DNA of 64,000 nucleotides from Piedraia hortae CBS 480.64 (Eukaryota): NCBI GenBank assembly GCA_010093745.1, contig MU005966.1, positions 317,628 to 381,627 of the forward strand, read 5' to 3'. Shown piece by piece: positions 56,555 to 64,000 of this stretch (position 1 is its first letter; each line of letters starts with the position of its first letter). The notes under the pieces were generated by a model. It saw only the letters and a program-made list of their open reading frames with translations, ran no database searches and was not told where the DNA came from. The position numbers and the translations under genes were made by a program.

Positions 56555-59526
56555 CTAACCACCTTTGCGCTCCGACTTGTTTTCGGGCATGGCCTGGACG
56601 AGCCCGCGACCAGGAGCGACAATAGACCGACTTTTCCTGTGGCCCTTGGGGACCATCTGGTGCCATGAACTGCGACTCGAGCTGACATCGTCCAGCGGCG
56701 CCAGTGGACTCCGTCCCTGTGCGATCTTTGGCTTCAAGCCATTTGCCAGCAGAGACTCCTGCCGTACATCAATATGCGTTGGCGGCGGTGTTTGCATTTC
56801 AGCAACTGGCGACAAGATAGGGGGGCGTGCTGTAGACGGATCGGATCCACCGTTGGCCGATGTTTCCGGCTTTATGCCCTCCAAATCGGCCGGTGCTTGC
56901 TCACCTACACTGGGTATAGGCGGACAGTGCGTGTCCCGTGGACAATCCACCGTAACCACTACCGGTTCGACCGGGAATCTGGCCGGAGCAGTAGAGCCGT
57001 TGACGATAAGTGGCACCATCACCTCGACAGCTGGCTCCGGGGCTCTTGGCGCCGGTCTTGGGTCAGCGGTATAACTGCGCACATGGCCGAGGGGCGAAGG
57101 CGAGCGAGATTCATGTCGTCCGATCCGGGTCGGAGGCATAAGGTCGGGAGTGACGCGGCGAGGCCTCGATGTCGGAGGATCCCTCAGCGTCATGTGCGGG
57201 TGCATGGGCAGGCTTGTGAACTGCTGTGACCCGAGTGAAGGTGACTGGCCGACGTAGTAACCTATATATTCTTTGGGTATAGCCGTGTCGACAACGGCCG
57301 TCGTGGCCGGTAACGCTGCCATGGCAGGATATGCCGGCTGCAAACTTTGGGAGAATAACTGCGTAGAATGAATGTTGGAGCCAAATGTCGGTATTGCGCC
57401 TGAGACTTCGTGGCCCACATGCCCTTGTTGCTGCTGCTGCTGCTGCTGCTGAGCGAGGGGATGAGGCAAAACTCGGCCGGGCTGAGAGTGAGATCTAACA
57501 CCTGAACGTCCAGCGGAGCTGTCGGTAATTGACGAGCGATGCGCCTGTCTTTGCGCAGGTATGGCTGAAGCCAGCGAGGGCGACAGAGGAATGGGGACCG
57601 AACCATCGCCAGAGCGAGTGGGCGCTGTTGTTGGCGGATGACGCGAAACCGGATGATGCCAAAGATACCCCGGCTGCGACCATGATGCAGTTGGCGCCGC
57701 ATCGAGGCGTGGCCCGATGCCGTTGACGTAGCCGTTACGAGGGTGCTGTGCCGAGAGATCGCTCACCCTTCTGTTCTGTCCACCGGTCTGCGCATTCTGC
57801 ACATATTGCGATCTCAGAACGTCTTGCTGAACTTGCAGTAACTGGTACTGCTTGGCCAGCTTGGATGTTACGGGGTCGTATGTGTTGGGGCCCAGATACG
57901 GCGGACTAATGTTCACGGCCGCACGCTGGTTTCCGAACGAGGCGCTGCTAGAGGCCCGCCGGTTGCCTGTGCGCTGAACCGATTGGTTTCGGGAAAGTCC
58001 CCTATGGGGCTTTGCAGCAGCAGCGTCATAGTTTGGCCGCCCAGACTGGCTGGCGCTACGCCGAAGCGTGGGCGCCGGCCTGGGCGTCGGTCGCTGGAAG
58101 TAGCCAGACGGTTGCTCCGCCGGTGGGAATACATACTGCTCGCAGCACTCGGCCAGCCGCTGTCCGTCTGCCAAAAGGTCAAAGGCCCGGCGAATTTCGC
58201 GGTGGATGCCGTTCCACGAATATTCATCGGCAGAATTGCCCAGGTTCCGCACGAGGGTAAACGGCTCTTCGACGCACAACCGCCTCTGCGCCTCCTTGTC
58301 CGAGTTACGTTCCCGTTGCCACCCCTTTTCTACGCGCCACACGCGTCTCCCTTCATGGACCGACACCACTTCTTTGCTGTAGTCAAATTCATAGCCATAA
58401 TGCCGGAAAAATTGGAACAGTAGCTGTGCCAGCGACTCCTTATTGTTTTTGCCATAGCCACGAAGGGACTCAACATCGTCAGCAAAAGGCGAATCTGCAC
58501 TCAACCGATGGCCCTCCATCTTCTGGAGTGACGGCAAGATTGGGGGACTTCTCCGCTGCAGGAAGCTGATGATCATGCACGTCCACGTGTAGGAGCTGAT
58601 GGTGCCACCAAAAGCTAGGCCATGTCAGCAGTGCCTGGCACGGCCGCAAGTCTAGAGCTTACCTGCATCGTTAAGTATACGCATCTGCGACCAATGCTTG
58701 ATGATCTTGGCAAGAGGCCGCACGCGTTCGTCAAGCTGGACGTATGTCTTGATCATACGCGTATTCTCCAGCGCCAACGGATTGTTGACGTTCAAATCGC
58801 ACGCAAGCTTAAGATCGGGATCCCAGCATTTCACGATAGGCACCTTGGCCGAGGACCGGCACACGACTCGTTCCATGCCATCTGTACCGGTTAGCAGATA
58901 CGTTTGCCTTCCTTGGACAACCACGTACGTCTGGCGAGCAGCTCGGCAATCGAGTGCATAGTCTCCAGCGACTTCTTGGTCGTCGTGATGCAAATGTCCA
59001 CATCGGACTCGCTAGAGCTTAGCAGATTGCCCGAAGACCCGAACATGTTGACGCGTATATTATGCCCAGGCCATTCTTCGTTCATCATGCTTTCTAGTTT
59101 CTGCACTAACTGTGCTCGTCGCTCCTCGCTGTCCCTTGAAGGCAGTAACCAATCATACAGCTCACGCATGTCACCGCTCAGTTTGTCCTCTTCGTACGGC
59201 TCCAACACTGTCTTTGGCGGTGTGTCTGGAGTGGGAGGCGCATGCTCATTCTCCTGGTTGTAGGGCATCCGACGCTTTCCTACCTCAGCCGTGGTCTCAA
59301 ACTTGCACAAGTCCGATGCCGCGCTACGGGGCACCAGCTTGGCTGCAGGGTCAGCGCAGCGAGGAGAGACATGGTTCAGTTTCTGTCCAGGCGATGGCGA
59401 CCGTGAGTGGAAGCGGACGTCTCGAGGCTGGCGGAACGGCGTGGATGGAACCGAACTGGACGTTTGCGCCTGCATCTGCGGCCGCGCATCCGGCTGGCCT
59501 CTGCGGCCGTCAACCACGTCGGTCAT
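56555..59526 (-). CDS. Non-canonical poly(A)/poly(U) polymerase, Cid1/Cid13-like; two introns
   Basis: FGSS...SDVDIC, CDLNVNN, GGTISSYTW, LCVEEPF..RNLG; low-complexity tail with poly-Q. Confidence 0.88.
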
Positions 59527-60868
59527 GGCGGTTTGCGGCTCACGATATCACTTGAAGAATGTGACTGCCTGCTGGCCCATGTGCGGTGCGATGTGGTGGT
59601 GTGGTGGTGGGAGTCTTCACGGGGAACCCTGTCAGGACACGGTGACAGTACAAACGCTAACGATGACGTGGACAGCGACAAAGCGACAGCCGTCTTCACA
59701 TGTCGCAGAGCCTTGGAAGCTCTCGTTAATGTGTCAAAAAGGTGGGATGTGTGGTGCAGCTGAGGCGGGAAGGACTGCCCCTGGTCGATGTCAATCACTC
59801 AATCCCTCCGTCGCTCAATCAATGTGTCAATCAAGTCAATCAACTTTCGCAGCTTGCCCGATGCCCACGCTCCTTTCCCTGCAATATACTCGGGCCAGGG
59901 AGATGTCGGCAGACGATAAAGAGCTGACGGGGTCACGCAGCCGACTGGCTTAGCAGAGACAACGAACCGGCTCTTTGTATTTTACACTCGTGTGTGTCCC
60001 CGTCATATTTTATTCCCAAAAGGGTTTAGTCTTACTCGTGCACCTTTCGTTGGGTGCACACACACCGTTTCCCCAGAAATACGTAGAGCTATAGCCTAAT
60101 CTTGGAAATACCAGCCTGTGCCGTACCCTCCTTTGTCTGGGCCAACACCATCCTTGAGGCCTGTTTCGCTCCGTTTGGCGAAGTTGGCGTTTGTTATTTC
60201 CAGCCTTTTACAGGCCATGTAGTCAGCAGCCACCTCGATGGGCTGAGGCTGACAGCAATGGGGTGCGTGTTTACTGGAGCTTGCTCATTCCAATGCCTTC
60301 TTCAGTAGAGCGCCTGACGATTACAAGCCTCTCCTTTGAGAACATATCACACAGGCTTACCTAGACCTGCTTCTCATCATTCGCTGGCTTGACCCGGTAA
60401 TCGAGCGTTCTGCGGGGATTGTGCTTCAGCTAGGCAAAACACAATGTTTCTTACGCCACTAAGTATTGGGATCCTCCCAACTCAAGCGCGACATCTCTCC
60501 CTAGGGCTTCCAGTGGGTGAGGAAATCCTTCCCAGCCGAAACGTGGAAAGAAGCCAATTTCCGGAAGCCATCTAATCCGCTAAGTCGGGAGACTGAACAA
60601 TCTTTGAGGTTGCGCACTATTCCTTAAACGGAACTTCTTTACCTAGCCAAACGATAACTTGAAGCTCGGTGATCGATTTCACGTCTTTTTTGGGTATCTG
60701 GATGTGTGTTTGCCGTATTATCCAACTGTGAAGCTGTATCAGGTGTCGAACTCGCCGGAAAACTTCTGTTACACTAACCTGAAGTGTATCCAAGTTTTTC
60801 GCAGATCGTTGCCTTGGGTACATAAGTCTAACCAGCATTTCACATACAATCGTACTGCCAACATTCTA

Positions 60869-61876
60869 TCACTCTTCATATTCTCCAGTGCGAATCGGTG
60901 TCCGGCTTTTCTCTAGTTTTCCTCTCACAAATTCGTAAACTGCAAACGTCACAGCTTGACCGGGTGCCACTCTCAGTACTCTGGGGGTGATGCCCATCCA
61001 GAATGCTCTAATGCCATTTTGCTTAAGGATTTGTTTCCCGATTTCCACAATCCTCCCCAGTGCTGTTTGACCCGGAGCTGCAGGTGAACGTTGAAGCCGT
61101 GTTTTGATCGTATCAATGGGCGCGTTCGTGAACGGCCCAACAGCACCTGATATAAGGCCAATAATTGAGGTCTGCCATCCTGGCAAAGGTGAATTGGGGT
61201 CCGCACTGCGCTTTTGCAGCTGTGATTTCAGTTCGGCATAGGTCGAGAAATTCGCAGCTTGATTGGTGCCTTGTCTCAATGCAGTAAGAGACACACCACG
61301 CCAAAGCGCGCCGGGACCCTCTTCTCTAATTACAGTATAAAGCGCGTGTGCAGCGTTGCGATACTTGGGGACATCAAGTGGATCAGCCATGCTGTGGTGT
61401 TGAGCTTGAAGACGAATCTTTATTACTTCCATGGGCGTGACGACCAGAGCAGCCTCCGTTACGCCGGCAGAGAGCCCTGCTATGAAATTGGCCTTCCCCG
61501 ATACTTGGCCAGACTGATCAGCAAGTAACTGCCGATACCACCCATAGCTGGTGAAGCGAATAGCCATCTTTGGCACGATGCCAGTGAGAACGGCACCCAG
61601 ACCCTTGTACAGTCCAAGTGGTGTCTCTTTCTTGGCGATTTCGACTCCAGTTGCGAGAAATCCCCTTGGCCTGACCCCGGGTTGCCGCGCTCTCTGGGAG
61701 AGCTGCATACGTACTTTAATAGTGTCCAGGGGGTGGCATACAAGAGCCTCCATCATGCCTGCACAACCACCCGCTGTTCCACGTTAGCCAGGTGTCAGTT
61801 TTGCACTAGCTGGACAGGACAACTTGCCAATGAGGTTGGTCGAGACTGAGGGCGCGGCTTGTGATTTGGACGCCAT
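60869..61876 (-). CDS. SFC1: Mitochondrial succinate/fumarate carrier; GC-AG intron 61774-61827
   Basis: Three PX[DE]XX[KR]XR motifs; HHSMADPLDVPKYRNAAHA; NLIAGG rebuilt across the intron. Confidence 0.9.
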
Positions 61877-62196
61877 ACTGCCACCACAAATGTTTGGGAT
61901 GAGTTAAGCACTGCTGCTTTCAAGAATAAAGGAGAAGCCGAGGAGACTTAAGGTCTTGAATTAGTCTGAAGCGAGTCCCCTTTCGGGAAATGTCGGGAAA
62001 GGCCGCAGGGTGGTAAGAATCAACTATAGGAAGTCAAGAAAAGGCCATGAGAAATTCCCGAGGAGGTAGACATCCGAGGCTCTGTATTATCCCGGTCCAT
62101 CCCATGATCGTTTAGTTGAGGGGGGAAAGCGCTAGCTCCATTTAGAGTTTAGCGTTTAGCGGAACATTTCGGGTGACAGTGGCAGTGAGGTAGAAG

Positions 62197-62874
62197 CTAA
62201 CCTCGCTGGTAGAGACAGAAACGGTACGTCACGACTCGGTCTCCTGCTGCTTCTGTAAGTGGACCAGGTGTAATGTTCTCTTCGACAAATTGCTGCAGAT
62301 CTTCTGGATTTTTCTTGCACCAACCGGATCCAATGGCGTTCAGATCGTCGGGGAATATGATATCACAATCGAAATCGGTTTCGAGTCGAGTCATGAGTAT
62401 GTTCTTCGTTTGTGGAAGCTGCAACGCAGCCGCGTAGACCTTGGCTCCCCCAATGACAAACGCTCGCCCTGCATGAGGCGCTCGGCCGGCGTTTATGAGA
62501 GATTCCAATGACTGCAAAGCGGTCATGATATCAGGAGCTACAACAACATCTTCGGGGATGGATTCGAGGTCTGAGCGACTTTGCGTGCTTATGACAACGT
62601 TTGTCCGGTCCTTAAGTGGCCTAAACTTGGACGGTATGCTGTCCCAGGTCTTACGGCCCATGATGACAATATTCTGGCGCAAAGCCCCAAATGTAGCTGC
62701 TGCACCGGCATCCGACTGGCAGTTGTCGTTTACTTTAGGCACCCTCTTAGTCACCCGTGCGAAATAGGCCATTTCATTTTTGAGCATCGGCCAAGGCAGC
62801 TTTCCGCCGTGTCCGATTCCATTCTTCGGAGTCGCTGCGACAATGATTGTCAATGGTGTATGCTTGAGAGACAT
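62197..62874 (-). CDS. DFR1: Dihydrofolate reductase
   Basis: IVAA..GIG..LPWP..EMAYF, VIMGRKTWDSIP, RPLKDRTNVVIS, FVIGGA. Confidence 0.95.
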   Translation of the reverse strand: MSLKHTPLTIIVAATPKNGIGHGGKLPWPMLKNEMAYFARVTKRVPKVNDNCQSDAGAAATFGALRQNIVIMGRKTWDSIPSKFRPLKDRTNVVISTQSRSDLESIPEDVVVAPDIMTALQSLESLINAGRAPHAGRAFVIGGAKVYAAALQLPQTKNILMTRLETDFDCDIIFPDDLNAIGSGWCKKNPEDLQQFVEENITPGPLTEAAGDRVVTYRFCLYQRG

Positions 62875-63062
62875 TTTGTAGCGGGATAGAGAAAAACGTT
62901 CCAGGATGTGTGAGGATATGACGCAACACGTGAGCTCGGAAGCGGGCAGAGTGCGTCTGCCCAGGTTTGCCACAGAAGATGTCACAGAAGATGTTCTAGG
63001 ATAATGAGGCATATACAAGACGAAAGCGAGCAGCTGGCTACGTTACTGAGTTCATTTCTTCC

Positions 63063-64000
63063 TCATCTACTTGCTCTGAACGCTCGATCTTCTTGCCATC
63101 TCTTCTCAACAAGCTGTAAGACCTCCCTATCGTATAACAATTCCGGTGTACTGTCCCCTTTCAAAATCTCTTTCTCGTGTTTCAGCATCTCGTCCTTGGT
63201 CATACACACCAGGTCATCAAAATGAAGCCTGTCAGCTTTTTGACCGGGAGTTGAGACATCTATCCATGCTCCTTCTGGTTTACGCCACCTTGTCAGCGCT
63301 AGCCGGCTTGTAAGGCCTGAAACAACGCTTCGGCCTTTCCACACCTCTTCAATGAGGTAACCAACATCGTCTGTTGTTAAAGGCACACGCAAGCCAGTTG
63401 GGTCGGAGCCCTGGGCTTTAGCAACGTGCTCCTCCAAACCCTGTAGCTGGGCCAAAATGCCATCATACATCTTCTCCCGTAGTTTGCTTGGAGCATAGTC
63501 ATGAGGGTATCCTGTTAACTCGAGCATGATATGGTTCGCTACGCACAAGCCAAATGTGGCAGGCATTGTGCCCAACACGGGCAGAATACGGACGCGGAAA
63601 TCTGGTAGAATGCCAAGCTCGTCCACAGCGCCTTTGGAAAACTCATCTTCTGATAAAGGGAGAAGCTGGGCTTTCCCAGGGCCGTATTTTTCAGACGAGT
63701 AAACAACAGTGATGCCACTTTTGACGCCGAGAGCACGAAGCTTTCGGCGGGTTGATTTGGCCAAGGGATCCTCGGCAGAAGCTGAAATATCCCCAATGAA
63801 GACTCTGGTGGGATCGGATTTGCATCCAGCGCCCATCGCAGAGATGACGGCGATGCCGTTCCTGTGGCAGTACTGAAGCAAATCAACCTTTGAGTCGACG
63901 TGGTCGATGGCATCGATGACGAAGTCGGGTTTCTTTCCGTCTTCCCAAGGCGATAGTTGCGCTCCGGCAGACTTTGCATCGAAAAGCTGGTTTCTGCAGT
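63063..64000 (-). CDS. tRNA threonylcarbamoyladenosine dehydratase (ThiF/TcdA family); 5' end outside window
   Basis: VIDAIDHVDSK, SAMGAGCKSDPTR, VVYSSEK, RILPVLGTMP (Tcd1/Tcd2-like). Confidence 0.88.
   Translation of the reverse strand, partial: CRNQLFDAKSAGAQLSPWEDGKKPDFVIDAIDHVDSKVDLLQYCHRNGIAVISAMGAGCKSDPTRVFIGDISASAEDPLAKSTRRKLRALGVKSGITVVYSSEKYGPGKAQLLPLSEDEFSKGAVDELGILPDFRVRILPVLGTMPATFGLCVANHIMLELTGYPHDYAPSKLREKMYDGILAQLQGLEEHVAKAQGSDPTGLRVPLTTDDVGYLIEEVWKGRSVVSGLTSRLALTRWRKPEGAWIDVSTPGQKADRLHFDDLVCMTKDEMLKHEKEILKGDSTPELLYDREVLQLVEKRWQEDRAFRASR

Noticed and set aside
23215..59526. Telomere-maintenance cluster (TR, KU70, PARN-like, Cid-like polymerase)
   Set aside because: The genes are spread over 40 kb among unrelated housekeeping genes; no evidence beyond coincidence.

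Overview
Eukaryotic, gene-dense DNA from a filamentous ascomycete. A compact-genome Dothideomycete is my inference from protein style, mostly ~45-55 nt introns and tiny intergenic gaps. About 36 protein-coding genes can be read, mostly conserved housekeeping genes: PDS5, mitochondrial KAS (CEM1), Ecl1-family, VPS72, RPS24, EFM3, TEF1, an MFS transporter, a PUF/RRM protein, KU70, HEM15, a GT8-like protein, PRP38, a LAM sterol-transfer protein, PKA catalytic subunit, IWR1, twinfilin, PARN-like nuclease, PEX26, a WSC sensor, TMEM184, gamma-tubulin, GDPD, NOP16, an ENT, a Cid1/Cid13-like nucleotidyltransferase, SFC1, DHFR and TCD. There is also one tRNA-Gly(TCC). The main feature the ORF track misses is a ~1.55 kb minus-strand region with no credible ORF, between TEF1 and the MFS gene. 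It looks like the telomerase RNA gene: a CUAACCCUAA template, a four-segment core-enclosing helix, an H-type pseudoknot, a CR4/5-like three-way junction with a P6.1-like hairpin, and a candidate splice-site 3' end, all in the expected order. Also found: a decayed, diverged GCN5 HAT-domain pseudogene; a spliced secreted protein with two 6-Cys defensin-like modules; a 93-bp-period CACGT[G/T]-rich duplication upstream of the Ecl1 gene; and repeated sharp C-rich to G-rich strand-skew flips. All calls were made by eye, with no database searches or folding programs.
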